From Octopus vulgaris (taxonomy: Eukaryota), in the NCBI GenBank assembly GCA_951406725.2, contig OX597815.1:150040001-150104000 (forward strand): DNA of 64,000 bases, read 5' to 3'. The notes under the pieces are model-generated. The model saw only the letters and a list, made by a program, of their open reading frames with translations, was not told where the DNA came from and ran no database searches. This document shows positions 49,671-63,292 of the stretch, piece by piece; within the stretch, counting starts at the first letter, position 1; the number at the start of each line of letters is the position of its first letter. The position numbers and the translations under genes are program-made.

Positions 49671-52515
49671 TACACACACACGTGCGCGCACATACGCACA
49701 CACACGCACATCCACGAATATATATATAACGTTTGAAAATAAGCTTCATATTTGGTTTGTCAATATGGAACAAAACAAATTTGCTGCTTAACTATACAAG
49801 CTTCATTTCTACAACGATGAAACGCATCGTTGCTGGAAGCTTATACTTTTATGTAGATAATTGCTGCGTTAATGGTGCATAGCTCAGAGAGAGAGAGTAA
49901 AGATTGATAATCCCCACAGGATGGGTTAAAATTAAAGGCATTAATGCACTGTATATGTAAACTAGCTGGCTACGTAATGAACTAATGGCGTAGTGGAATG
50001 AAAACCTGAAATGGGAAAAGAAAAAAATATCGAGAATCAATCAGTACGGCATTCTTTCATCAAGTCTTAAGTGATTAATCTCTGCTCCTAACGCTCTTCC
50101 ACACACCACATCTCGCTATGTGTTTACAAGTGCAATTGGAACAGAGCTAACAGTACATCATCAAAATTATCATGCCCACTGTAGATCCTACTGAGTGGTA
50201 TGAAATGACAATTGTGAAGTTCCTTTTAATGATACAGAGATAACGAATGAACATGTCTCATGAAAAAGGACTAAGATGAGTTGTTATCTCGTTTCGCCTG
50301 GAGCTTTATATTTTAATGTGGAGAAATGTTAATGTCAATGAAACCTCCGACGAAATGGTTTCCCGCATAATTATGGTTCTTTGCGTTCCAATTTCAAACC
50401 TCAGTGTTACCTACTAGGATAGTATGCTAAATTTGTTGCTCTGCTTAAGAACATTACTCGGTATAGTGAGTAAATTTATTGAGACTGCCTTGTTGTAATT
50501 ATTCGGGTAAGCTCTCCCGTTTGAGGACAACTCATTCGCTCAATCCCATCATTCTTTAAGATCCCGTGAATGGGTTAAAGGCGATGTTTTTTTCTCTAGA
50601 ACAAGCAATAGAATAATAGAATATGTCTCTGAAATAGCATAACTAAGTTTTCTTGACTTAGCATAACACGGCAAATATATCGGAAATATTATTCTTCAGA
50701 ATTTGCATAGTTTTCCGAAAGCTAAAAGAAAAATATATACATTTAATTTAATTAAAAAGATTTAACCAGAAATGAAAACGGTGTTAAGAATTCAATTCAG
50801 TTAAAGCGTAGTTCTTGTTCTACGGAGATTATGAGGTAACGTAAACTATTTAGAAATTGAATGAAATTACTTTGCCAGTGAAATACGAGATTTGAAAAAT
50901 CAAATAAACAATTCATAACCCTTAATAGAGTCTCTTCGTTTCAATTTAATTTTCGACGAGCCTTCTATTCATCCGCAAGGAAAAAATATCAATGATAACG
51001 ATTTCGAATTATTCATAAATGTCTTTTCACTCTACAGCGTAACTGGTTACAATTTTTTGCTTTCCTTTTCTGCTAAAGCCAGATGAATTGTGTTAAAATT
51101 CCACTTGACATCCACGTCAAAGTTATGTGCTAGTTTTTGACAACTGAGAATATAATAATTCTTTATTCACCATTCCCTAATGTATTCATTCAGTGAAGGC
51201 ATTATGTTAATTCTTCCAACGAAAGATTAGAAAATCAAGTAATTCAATTTAGAAGGGAGCTAACTTGCAGGAGCTGATATAGATTAAATGGAATACAGAA
51301 TAAATACGGGGAAAATATTTCTGTGTTTCAATGCTGAAGTGTTCAAAAATTATCATGTGTCTTAGTGCTGATGTAATTATATAAAAAAGAAACGAAAAGT
51401 GCAAGAATGAAGACCAGCAGGAGATGGATGAAGAGGAAAAAGAAAACACAGAAGAACAACATAAAAAAGAAAAAATAATAATTTGATGCTATTCAGACCA
51501 AATGGATTTTATTTGGCATATAAAAAGAATGTATATGTATATATACGTGTGTTTGTGTGTGTGTGTGCGTGTGTGTTTGTGTAAAAGCTTTTATGTTATA
51601 TGCCACATACATATTTATATGTATGTATGTTTGGGCGTGCGTGTGCACGTATGTCTGCAAGTGTGTGTATGTGTGTCTGTGTGTGGATATGTGTGTCTGC
51701 CTGTTTGTGTCTGTGTGTGTGCGCGCGCGCATCTGTGTGCGCGCGCGCATCTGTGTGCGCGCGCGTACTTCCATCCTGCAAACAATCAATTTCAGCTATG
51801 GAGCAGGAATTATAGAGTGGAGGAAGAAGAAGCTGAAGGATATCAACAGGAAAATGGAGAAAATAGCTTACAATACACAGAAGCGTGCTTATCCTAATCA
51901 GATGGAGGCCATTTATACTGAAAAAGAGCAGAAGTATGAAGATGGTTATTACGTTTTAAAGAGGAAGTAGAAGCACGGAAGACATATTTAGGTTTCTATC
52001 TAGAAAAAAAATGAAGAAACATTCCTTCAGGGTGTAATAAGTTTAAGAATATTATTATCGTGGACAAGAGGATTAGTCTAACGCTATAATCGGCGTGACA
52101 TGGTCAACTGATAGCGAGTATTATGGGAAACAGAAAAAGAAATATAGATTATTAAATGGAATTGAACTCTGAGATGATCATGATCTAGAACAGAGAGGTT
52201 AACAAAGAAGTGATATTGCATTGAATTATTGTGGCCCCAGGTTGAAAATCTTGATCTTAAAGTGGATATAGTTACAGTACTGTGATATTCCTTTTTTACA
52301 AGTTTCCCCGAGAAGGATCTGTGAAAAGGTTTCAATCAAAAGTGAGAAAGATTAAGATAACGGGAATAAAAAAAAATTCATATAGGAGGTACAAAATGCA
52401 TTTCGTCGTAAAATACACTTTCCGCTTCGATGGGAAGCAGAATTAAAGCAACAGCAACAAAACTACCAGCAACAAACAATGAAGGATGATGATGATAAGA
52501 AATATAATAATAAAA

Positions 52516-52553
<38 letters not shown>

Positions 52554-52554
<1 letters not shown>

Positions 52555-53108
52555 GCCCTGATGCAGTACCAGGCAGTAGCTCTCATGGCTTCTGATCTTA
52601 ACTGATTGGAAGTGTTATCATGTACATTGTTTTGTCTTGGTATAAAAGATGGGCTACAGCAAATATTCTGCTCAATACCACAGATTTGCTTGTCAGTTGT
52701 TTGACCTTAACCAGTTGAGCGTGTCCCTTAGTGGCTGACGATATGTGCATCTCTGATCACGAGCAGAAGTAGTGGGGGAGCATCATAGCCATGTGTTGAG
52801 AGGGATTCTTTGGGGTTTGAATAGTTCACCTCTGGAAACATGGGTGGTTCTTTCAACATCCTTAAACAACCCTTATTCAGGGACCGTTTGAGCGGGATGG
52901 GCTACTCAACCTGAAGAAAATTCTAACTGGGCTCCACCTGCAAGGACATGTGCTGTTTATCTTGATATGAGATCACCATGTCGCGCACATATGGTTGTGA
53001 TGCATGTGCCTGGTGTACCTTTATCAGACGGGTAGTCATGATGGGTATATTGGGCTTCGTATATTTTACCCCATTGTCACTTTGATGGCATGCACTGCTC
53101 TCTCACTC
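52554..53108 (+). mobile_element. Non-coding interspersed element of about 555 bp embedded in (TAA)n
   Basis: Both flanks are (TAA)n. Further copies lie at 33207-33373 and 53578-53880. Confidence 0.8.
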
Positions 53109-53145
<37 letters not shown>

Positions 53146-53166
53146 GTAATGATAATAATAATAATA

Positions 53167-53224
<58 letters not shown>

Positions 53225-53295
53225 TAATAATAATAATAACAACAACAACAACAACGACAACGACGACGACGACGATGATGATGATGATGATGGTG

Positions 53296-53429
53296 ATCCA
53301 ATCCATCACTGGAATTGTAAAAATATGTAGCTTATCAATTAAATATATTTGATCATGTCTGGATATGCGACTATGTGCATGGGAATACATATAACAAAAC
53401 ATACAAGTCTGCACTCATACATACATACA

Positions 53430-53463
<34 letters not shown>

Positions 53464-53880
53464 CATACATACATACATACATACATACATACATACATAC
53501 ATACACACATACATACATACATACATACATACATACATACATACATACATACATACATACATACATACATACATACATGCTTAACCAGTTGACCATGTCC
53601 CTTAGTGGCTGACGATATGTTCATCTCTGATCACGAGCAGATGTAGTGGGGGAGCATTATAGCATTATAACATCCTTAAACAACCCTTATCCAGGGACCT
53701 TTTGATGGTTACTCGGCTAGAAGAACATTCTAACTGGGTCCTACTTGCAAGGTCATGTGCTGTTTATCTTGATATGAGATCACCATGTCGCGCACATATG
53801 GCTGTGATGCATGTGCCTAGTGTACTCTTATCAGACGAGTAGTCATGTTGGGTATACTAGGCTTCGTGTATTTTGCCCCA
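53296..53880 (+). repeat. Local duplicates: 53296-53577 copies the RLE 3' end at 54733-55012, and 53578-53880 is an internally deleted copy of 52705-53075
   Basis: ATCCAATCCATCACTGGAATTGTAAAAATATGTAGC.. is nearly identical at both sites, including the TTTA interruption of the (CATA)n tract. Confidence 0.85.
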
Positions 53881-54867
53881 GACTTGGAATGCAGCTCATT
53901 GAGCAACCTTTTGTGTTTGACAACCTAGAATACATGCCCAAAGAAGTCACACGACTCTACCGCAACGTATCATCAGATGAAAGGATGAGACTCTATGAGC
54001 AGAAGACTATGCATGGATATGCTAGTAGAAAGCCCCAAGAACATGGTAATATTGATCATCAAAGGAGTCTATCATGGACCAATAGCCGGATATTTTGAAG
54101 AGTATGCGTTTGCAATCCAGGAACAAAGAATATCAACCAACTACCTGTGCACAAAAGTGATAGAGAGGCCGAAAATGTCGTAAAATGTGACAACGATGGG
54201 AAACATTGTGGTGTTAAAACCGAAGATATCACCTACATCATAAGCAATTGCCCGAAAATGTCATCACGGTATTATCTACTGATGAGATATAATGTTGTAG
54301 CTAGGACACTCGATAATAAAATCCGACGAAAGGATAACTCCGAGGACAAAGGAATAAGAACCCACAGTATGGTAGAAGCCATAGCCACTCATAATTAAAA
54401 GGAGTACTGGTGGGATATCCCAATGAAAACGTCAATAAAACATAAACACAATTGACCTGATATAATGATTTGGGATAGAGAAGAGAAACTGCGCACAGTT
54501 GTCGAAATTAGCTGCCCAGCGGATGTTAATCTAAAGCTGAATATCAGTGAAACACAGAGCATCTAAGCTGAACTTTCGAGAAATCTGCAATAATTCTATC
54601 TAGATTACAAGTTCAGGTTTTATTGTTCAGTTAATTATGGGGGCTCTAGGACATGTAACACACAGCTTAAATGCAAATCTTGAGAAACTGCGCCTCTCAA
54701 ACCAGGAAGAAAAAGCTAATTCGAAAACTACAGATCCAATCCATCACTGGAATTGTAAAAATATGTAGCTTATCAATTAAATATATTTGATCATGTCTGG
54801 ATATGCGACTATGTGCATGGGAATACATATAACAAAACATACAAGTCTGCACACATACATACATACA

Positions 54868-54901
<34 letters not shown>

Positions 54902-55090
54902 CATACATACATACATACATACATACATACATACATACATACATACATACATACATACATACATACATACATACATACATACATACATACATACATACAT
55001 ACATACATACATACTTGCAAACAAAAATACCCTGTTGTTGATGTTGAAATTCCAGTGAATCTAAGTTAGAAACCGACACTTTCTCTAGAG
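53880..55090 (+). mobile_element. 3' portion of an R4/Dong-like RLE LINE (zinc-knuckle remnant, endonuclease and 3' UTR)
   Basis: MHGYAS..AIQEQRISTNY..CGVKTEDITYIISNCP..YWWDIP..PDIMIWD..EISCPADVN. Confidence 0.85.
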
Positions 55091-55094
55091 CTAG

Positions 55095-55880
55095 GAGTTG
55101 CTGTGAACATAGAGGCAGAGTGAGGTAAGTAGCTTGCTTAACAACTGCATGGTTCTAGCTTCAGTCCCTTTGCGTAGCACCTTGTACAAATGTCTTCTAT
55201 AGCTTCGGGCTGACCAAAAGCTTGTGAGTGGATATGGTAGACGGAAACTGAAAGGAGCTCGTCGTATATAAATATATATATATACGTATATCTGAGACCC
55301 CCTTCGGTTATTACTGACCATGTAATTGCACCTAGAAATTTACCACCACCCCCAGGCATAAGTCCGAGCAAGATTGTTTATGGAAGACCAGCAGTTGCCC
55401 ATGCATACCGCCCTCCCCCTCCATGCCACCAGTGTTATCCAATGGAAGGCAAAGGCCGATACAGCTTGGCACCAGTGACGTCGCAGCTCATTTCTACAGT
55501 TGAGTGAACTGGAGCAACATCAAATAAAGTGTCTTGCTCAAGAACACAACACGCAGCCAGTCCGAGGTTTGAGTCCACAGCCTCACGATCGTAAGCGTGA
55601 CGTTCTAACCACTGAGTCATGCGCCTTCACACACACATATATATATATATATATATTTGTGTGTGTATGTTTGGATGTCTGAGTTTGTCTCCCACCAAAC
55701 ATCGCTTGACAACTGATGTTGGTGTGTTTACCTCTCCATAACTTACCGGTTCAGCAAGAACAGACCGCTAGAATAAGTACTAGGCTTACAAAGAATAAGT
55801 CTTGCGGCCGATTTGCTCGACTAAAGGTGGTGCTCCAGCATGGCTGCAATCCACGACTGAAATAAGTAAAACAATAAAAG
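55095..55880 (+). mobile_element. Family-3 SINE with a family-4 SINE (minus strand, about 55290-55630) nested in its internal (TA)n
   Basis: The head at 55095-55270 and the tail at 55660-55875 correspond to 3205-3640. Confidence 0.8.
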
Positions 55881-56454
55881 CATGACATACATACATAGAA
55901 TTATACATACATACACTTGGTCCATCGTTTCTAATTTTACATTGAAACAAGTCCCTAAAAACAGAATCAATATCATACACCACATTCGATGCGGTTGCTT
56001 TTGTCTAGGTTTAAGGTATTTTATTTTTCTTCTTTGCTTCTCTTGATCATTCTTCAGTCTCTTATCACTAATACCTCTTTCATTAATGACTAATCAATAT
56101 TTTTAACATTACAAACAATATATAAAATTTTATTCCATCTTAATGAAAGTAAGAGAACCTGCCCGAAGCTCACCGTGCAACCGTCTCTATCTAGCACAAT
56201 CATGCACCACGAATATACAGTTGCCTTAAGCTTAATGATTATATATAAATCCCCTTTTACACGAAATTAATAACATACCTGAGTCTAAAATATTTAGCAT
56301 ATAAATATTTACATTATTTCATTCTTTAAGAAATGAGCATGTTTCATATTAGTTTAAGTAGGTTGATATTACAAATTTTATTGTAGTTTATTTTATTTTA
56401 CGGAGATGTACTCGCATAGCAAGTAATTTGATCTGAGATCGTGTGCTGAAACGA

Positions 56455-56564
56455 AAACAATTGCAGCGTGGAAGGTGTTTGTAAGCCATTTAAGAAACAC
56501 ACAAAAAACGGCTTTTGTGTGTTTCTTAAATGGCTTACAAACACCTTCCACGCTGCAATTGTTT
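56455..56564. repeat. Perfect 52-bp inverted repeat with a 6-nt loop
   Basis: 56455-56506 is the exact reverse complement of 56513-56564. Confidence 0.95.
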
Positions 56565-56889
56565 ATTTTATTTTCTTTATTGAATAATATTTCTTATAAT
56601 GAAAGCTGTCTCCTTCGAATTAAAAACACAAGCAAAATACTTTATTTAAACTGTCATAAGAAATGTTTCTGGTGGCAAAATGTGTTGTATATATTACGCG
56701 TTATCCAGTGATTGTACTCGTGTCAGTCTGAGGGTTTGCTTTCAACGGTTTGGTCGAAACGGTCGACCCCCAGAAAATCTTGTCTTTTGCAATGTTAACG
56801 CCGAATTTTTTTGTGAACAGTTAAGTTACGGGAGAGTAAACATACCAACACCGGTTGCCAAACCTTGTGTGCAAATAAAGGGATACAAA

Positions 56890-57290
56890 GTCTAGAAAAA
56901 TGTAGTTAATCTATCCAGATTATAAGTTTAGGTTTATACCTGTAATTATTGGGGCATTGTGTTATGTAACACACTGCCTAAATAACAATCTTGAGAAATT
57001 AAATTTCTCAAAACCAGAAAGGAGAACGCTAATTCGAAGACTACAGATCCAATTTATCACTGGAACTGTACAAATCTGTAAAACTTTCCAGAAATTTATC
57101 GCTTAAAAATATATGAGCGCGTCTAGATATGCAACTATATGCATGAGAATAGATGCATAAAGCACCACATACAAATCTGCACATATACATACCATAGATA
57201 CAAACAAAACTATCCTGTTGTTGATGTTGAAATCCCAGTGAAAGAGCCTTGAACCTAGGCAAGAAATTTTGAAATAAAATACATACATTG
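56890..57290 (+). mobile_element. 3' fragment of the RLE LINE
   Basis: YPDYKFRFIPVIIGAL..LEKL..IRRLQIQ, with the same 3' UTR as 48600-49330. Confidence 0.85.
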
Positions 57291-57362
57291 CTTGCATACA
57301 CACATATATACACACATACATACATGCATACATACATATATATATATATACATATATATATA

Positions 57363-57415
<53 letters not shown>

Positions 57416-57423
57416 CATATATA

Positions 57424-57546
57424 CGACGGGCTTCTTTCAGTTTCCGTCTACCAAATCCACTCACAAGGCTTTGGTCGGCCCGAGGCTATAGTAGAAGACA
57501 TTTGCCCAAGGTGCCACGCAGTGGGACTGAACCCAGAACCATGTGG
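57424..57546 (-). mobile_element. Family-3 SINE fragment in (TA)n
   Basis: Minus strand GGTTCTGGGTTCAGTCCCACTGCGTGGCACCTTGGGCAAATG. Confidence 0.85.
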
Positions 57547-57554
57547 TATATATG

Positions 57555-57627
<73 letters not shown>

Positions 57628-58955
57628 GAAATGCTTCATACTACGTGCATTATATGCGCTGCTAAATGTTGTACATACATAAGTATTCATCAGCGCGTGA
57701 TGATCATATTTACGTATGGGAAACTATTAATGGTGCATATAATGCATGCAGTATGAAGCATTTATATTAATATTAGACTTTCATTAGATAGAGTACTCTA
57801 CTTATTGATTTTTCACAAATTAATTTCATATACCTTTACAGGGAATAATCCCAGAAGTTTGACTCTTTAAAGCAATACTAAGTACCAAATCCAGCTTCAA
57901 ACAAAATCCGATTCTGTGTTATTTCTATGTTTGGTTTAGGTATAAAAATAGAGAACAGAAATTGTGTTTTAAATTTACGACAGCCGTTTCAGTAGAATAG
58001 TATAGGTGTTTCATCAATTACATCACAGTATATAATCCGCCATCTTCATGAAACTTAACAGTAGCGATCAAGCAGGTGAGATAATATACCTATGGTGACT
58101 TATCCAACAATATTCGTGTGTGTGTGTATGAGTGAATGAGTGTGGGTATATAAATATATACGATAGGCTTTCACACGGTTTCTCTCAATCAAATTCACTC
58201 GCAATGCATTGCTCGGTGCAGTGTTACATTAGGAGACATCTGCAAACATTGCTGCGCATAGGATTGAATCCGGAAACAAGGGGCTGGAGAGTGAACGTTT
58301 TAAGCATACAGCCATGGTCACAGCATTTAAAAGCCTCTGGGAAATGATCTCCTTGAAGAAATCAAATGTATTGTGTTATGTAAATTTGTTGCTAACCAAG
58401 TGTATTTCATTAACTTAAAGGGCATCACAGAAGCATATATAGTTATACCGATGTTTTATTTATATTTCTATCAAAGTAAAATGATGCTCATTTATGTGTT
58501 CTCCCAGCTACTCTTGTGTAAAATTGATAATAATCTTTGCCGATATTATAGATATGGATTATATATATGTAACTACCTAAGGGATATCATAAGTTCGTTA
58601 GTTAAGCTGATTCATTGCCAGAATGGTCAGAACACATTTTAATAATTATTGAGCAACGGCAAACTGATATCGTTCCCAATTTTATCATGTTGTGGATGAA
58701 TATATAATTTAGCTAACATCTAAATAGTTATATAACTAGATGGGCTATGGTTTATGTAATATTGCTATCGTGACATATTTATATTTATATTGGATTTAGC
58801 GGGAAACAGATAAATAATTAAATTCTCATATGGGTAAAACCTTACGTAAACTATTGTAAGCTTAGAGATTTTAGAGGGAGAGAGCGAGAGAGAGAGAGAT
58901 AGAGGGATTGATCGTGAGATAGATGCAAGCTTTCGTACATGCATGCATATATACA

Positions 58956-59138
<183 letters not shown>

Positions 59139-60244
59139 TACACACAATAGATACATACATACGTACAAACATACATACATACGCCCGAACATATATATGT
59201 ATATCAAATATATAAACGTTGCTAGTACGTAATCTTGCTCCAAGATTGTATATTACCGATACTTACATATGCTTCCTACAAGCATACGTATATGAGCAGA
59301 AATACATCTGTACAGAAATTTTAATAAAATGTTATTCATAAAAATGGTTTTTAATTGGATTTTAAAAGGGAAAATGATTCCCTGTTTCTTGTCTTTATAT
59401 CTTTGTTATGTCGGTGGAGATTGTGTTCGGATTGAAATTAAATTTGGAAATGCTAGTTATATAAGTATACATACATACTTGCGGACACACATATATGCAT
59501 ACATACATATGCACGCATACATACACACACAAGCACACATGCACATATATATATATAAATGTATATATGTGTATGTATATATGTATGTATATATATTTGT
59601 TTCAATCATTCTGAAAAGTAATTTACATTCAAATACCGTGTCATTACAAACCAATTTCTTTGCAATGTATCATTCTTATTGTTTTTAGAATAATATTACG
59701 CGGACAATATACATCGTTGTCCTAAAGTTCACTGCTGATTTGTATATGTATTCTAAATATCAAAAATATGATTGCTGTCGTTAATTTAAGAATGGAAATT
59801 TATTCTCGCCCATTTATTTAGCTAGTTGTTAATCCGTGAATGTTTACATTCACACATCTTAATTTACTTTTTGTATCTATTGGTGTCACGTTACGGAAAT
59901 AGCGTTGGAGGATTTCACTGTTTATGAATAAATGGAACGCAAGTGATTGTGGGTGAAACATGAATGTAACCGGAAGTGTGTTATGTATATCTGTTCCGCT
60001 TGGACATAATAACAAATGCGGGGAATATGAGAGTTTCTTCCATGCGTGATATACATGTTGGTGAAGGAAAACTATGCTGAGACACTAGACCTTTACTTAC
60101 ATATGTTTGTAAGGAAGAATGGCATTCTAAATATACTGAAACGACATGTGATATGCCAGATTTGATAAACAATTATACTTAGAATCCAAAACAGGAGGAA
60201 TATCACATATAAGGCTCTTACAATAGTAAATTAAGTACTCACGA

Positions 60245-60485
60245 AGAGCTTCTTTGCATAGGGAAAAAATAAATTCAATAATCTTTACATATTTCAGGCA
60301 CGATGTGTGATCATCAAAAATACAAGCAAGATATGTCAATCTATTCAGATAACAATCCTATTCTGCAGGTCCAGTCTATGGATAAACTGATATAGCGTCA
60401 CTGTTTACTTCTGATCATAAGACTGTGTGCCTGAAATATATAAAGATGATCAAATTTATTTATTCTCTGTATTATAAGAATCTTT
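60245..60485. repeat. Old fold-back element with degenerate HHR-like arms
   Basis: ATCTTTACATATTTCAGGCAC pairs with GTGCCTGAAATATATAAAGAT. The right arm reads CTT-CTGATCA..GAAA-TATA-TA-AAG. Confidence 0.55.
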
Positions 60486-61857
60486 GTCTTTACTGGGTTT
60501 TTTTGTTTACTACTGTTGCCTCTTTATCACAATGCAGCAAGCAGCATCCCCATTGATTTTCTCAACTTCTATCATCTAGATTTCTCTCTTAAAACTTTGT
60601 TTTACTTGGGAGTGTAATAGTGGACACTTGCCGAAAGTATAATGGTATCAAATATAAACATCTAGAAAAATACCTACTTGTTGCGTACTTGTTGTTTAGT
60701 TGAAAGAAAGAGAAAATTGGATCCATACTCTAGATAAGGAACATACTCCCATGGAGGGAGTGAAGTTCGCAGTAGTCCAAGGAGGAACCGAAACCCTGAA
60801 CGTTTACGGTGTGTAGTGCATAACGACGGCCCTGGCAACAATATTCCACGGGAATTTCTACTCTGAGATTACCAAAAATAGCAAATCAGAAAGCGAGAGA
60901 GTTGATTGTCTTCATCTCCACTCTCAGGAGCCGAAACCAAGACGCTAACGGCTGAAAAACGAATTCTAAGATACCGAGTCTTGTTTAACGTTCACTCTTT
61001 CCTGCCAAGGGTGCTTGAAAGAAAGACAAAAATGAATCTAAACCCTAAATAAGGAACTTACTCCCACGGAACGAGTCAACGTAGCGGGAGTTCAAAGATG
61101 AATCGAAAAGCTGCCCAGTTTCATGCAGAACCGGAAAGAAGTCTGATGCAGCTGGTTTGTACATGCACGTGGATGGAGGGATTTGTAACACTTTGAAAAG
61201 ATTGAGGGTTTTAGCTACTACTTACACAGGGTAGGTAGTAACTAGAAAAAAAAACAATAAAACACAGAGATCAATAATCAAGATTGATGACAGGGTATTC
61301 TGCACCCTAGGCTAGCCCTATAATATGGCTTCTGATTAGGTCTCTCCTATACGAAACCCGTTTACCGTAGTACAACAATAAACAGCCTGTACTCTCAGTC
61401 CTACAAAAATAGTTTAATTCTTCTACGTTTTGTCTACAACAGATGAATATATTAACGAATCTACTACCACGGAAGGATTCAACAATCACCGTAGTCCAAA
61501 GAGGAATGGAAAAGCTACTCAGTTTGATGAAATAAGTGTGATGCAGCGGATTTGTACATGCGCATAAATGGTGGGATCTGTATCAGACACTTTGAAAAGA
61601 TTTAGCCTTGATAAAGACGAGGTTGGCGGCCTAACACACTTTGTATGCATGGATCAGTCAGTCACAAAGAAATGAAAGAATTATCGTTATTGAGATTGCT
61701 TTTGCTTCATAATTTATTCATTCCTTTCTTCATGCAAAATCAGTAGGATGTTAAAATTTGAGATTGAAATTGATAACGAAAAAGTGTTTTAATTAAATTT
61801 ATTGTCACTGAATCGAAAGTTGTGCTACTTTTCTGTGTAATATTTAATAGTATTAAA

Positions 61858-62085
61858 GGCGGCGAACTGGCAGAATCGTTAGCACGCCGGGATACTTTTA
61901 GCGGTATTTCGTCTGCTGTTACGTCCTGAGTTCAAAATCCGCCGAGGCCGAATTTCCCTTTCATCCTTTCGGGATCGATTAAGTAAGTACCAGTTACGCA
62001 CAGGGTCGATGTAATCAGCTTAATCCCTTAGTCCTTGTTTGTCCCCTCTATGCTTAGCCCCTTGTGGGCAATAAACAAATAAATA
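61858..62085 (+). mobile_element. Family-1 SINE with the Tx1-like tail (another degraded copy at 62172-62345)
   Basis: GGCGGCGAACTGGCAGAATCGTTAG..GAGTTCAAAATCC..TTTGTCCCCTCTATGCTTAGCCCCTTGTGGGCAATAAA. Confidence 0.88.
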
Positions 62086-62989
62086 TTTAATAGTATTCTT
62101 TTTACATGATATGTTTCTTAAATCTCCGTCGCTAGATACCACGTTTATCCTACACCATATTAAAAGAAAATGCGGCGAGCTGAGAGATCGTTAGCATATC
62201 GGATAACGTACTTAACGGTATTTTTTCTGGTGCTTTACTGTCAGAGTTCAAATCCCAAAGGATGTCAACTCTGCCTTTTATTCCTTCCGGCTTGATAGAA
62301 TAAAGTACCAGAGAGGAGCTGTGGTCGATGTAACTGACTTTCTCCCTTTTCTCAAAGATTACTTCCATTGAACCCTGCAACGGATCCGCATCAATTTCAG
62401 AGGCATTGTCGTGATGTCGCTCACTTATACAACATTGAAATCGAGTGACCGATGTTAGAGATACTGGGGCTCATGGGAAAATACCGTAAAGTAATATTAT
62501 TGAGTAAAAAATTACCTGCATATTACTTCGACACACTTTATGTTAAAAGCTCCACCCTGACTGCGTGAAACTATAAGGTAATCCTTCCTGCCATAACCAT
62601 CATATCTTGTTTTTCAAGACACATTGTATATAGGACTGCATTATACAACGTGTCGTCTTGTCTTTATAACGGTGAGGTGTAAACATCACAAATTATTCAT
62701 TCTCTATTAGTCACAGTTATTGTAGAAATATTATATCTCCTTTACTATATTTCATATAGAATCGATCTTTACTAAAATTAATTACGAAGATATAAAAGCA
62801 TAATCACATACAGCGTAATTGGTTATATTGAAGTATTAATAAATCAAGATTTAACATAATGTAAAATAGAAAAAAAAAATTAATTACGAGAATATCTTTC
62901 GAAATATTAATTCTCAGCTTGTAAGAAGTTAACATTATTTGCTTTGATTAAAACATCACTTTGCATTTCTTCTTCATTATTATTACTAT

Positions 62990-63078
<89 letters not shown>

Positions 63079-63207
63079 TAATAATAATAAAAATGAAAAT
63101 AATAATAATAATAATAATAATGATAATCATTATCATTATCATTATCATTGCTATTGTTGTTGTTGTTATTGTTATTATTGCCGTTGATATTTTTGTTGTA
63201 TATTGTT

Positions 63208-63264
<57 letters not shown>

Positions 63265-63292
63265 GGTGGTGGTGGTGGTGGTGGTGGTGGTT
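62990..63292. repeat. Compound trinucleotide microsatellite (AAT)n-(TTA/TCA)-(TTG)n-(TGG)n
   Basis: Direct reading. Confidence 0.95.

Noticed and set aside
52554-52620. HDV-like ribozyme at the 5' end of the (TAA)n element
   Set aside because: A P3/L3-like segment (AGC-TCTCATG-GCT) is present, but consistent P1, P1.1 and P2 pairings could not be built by eye.
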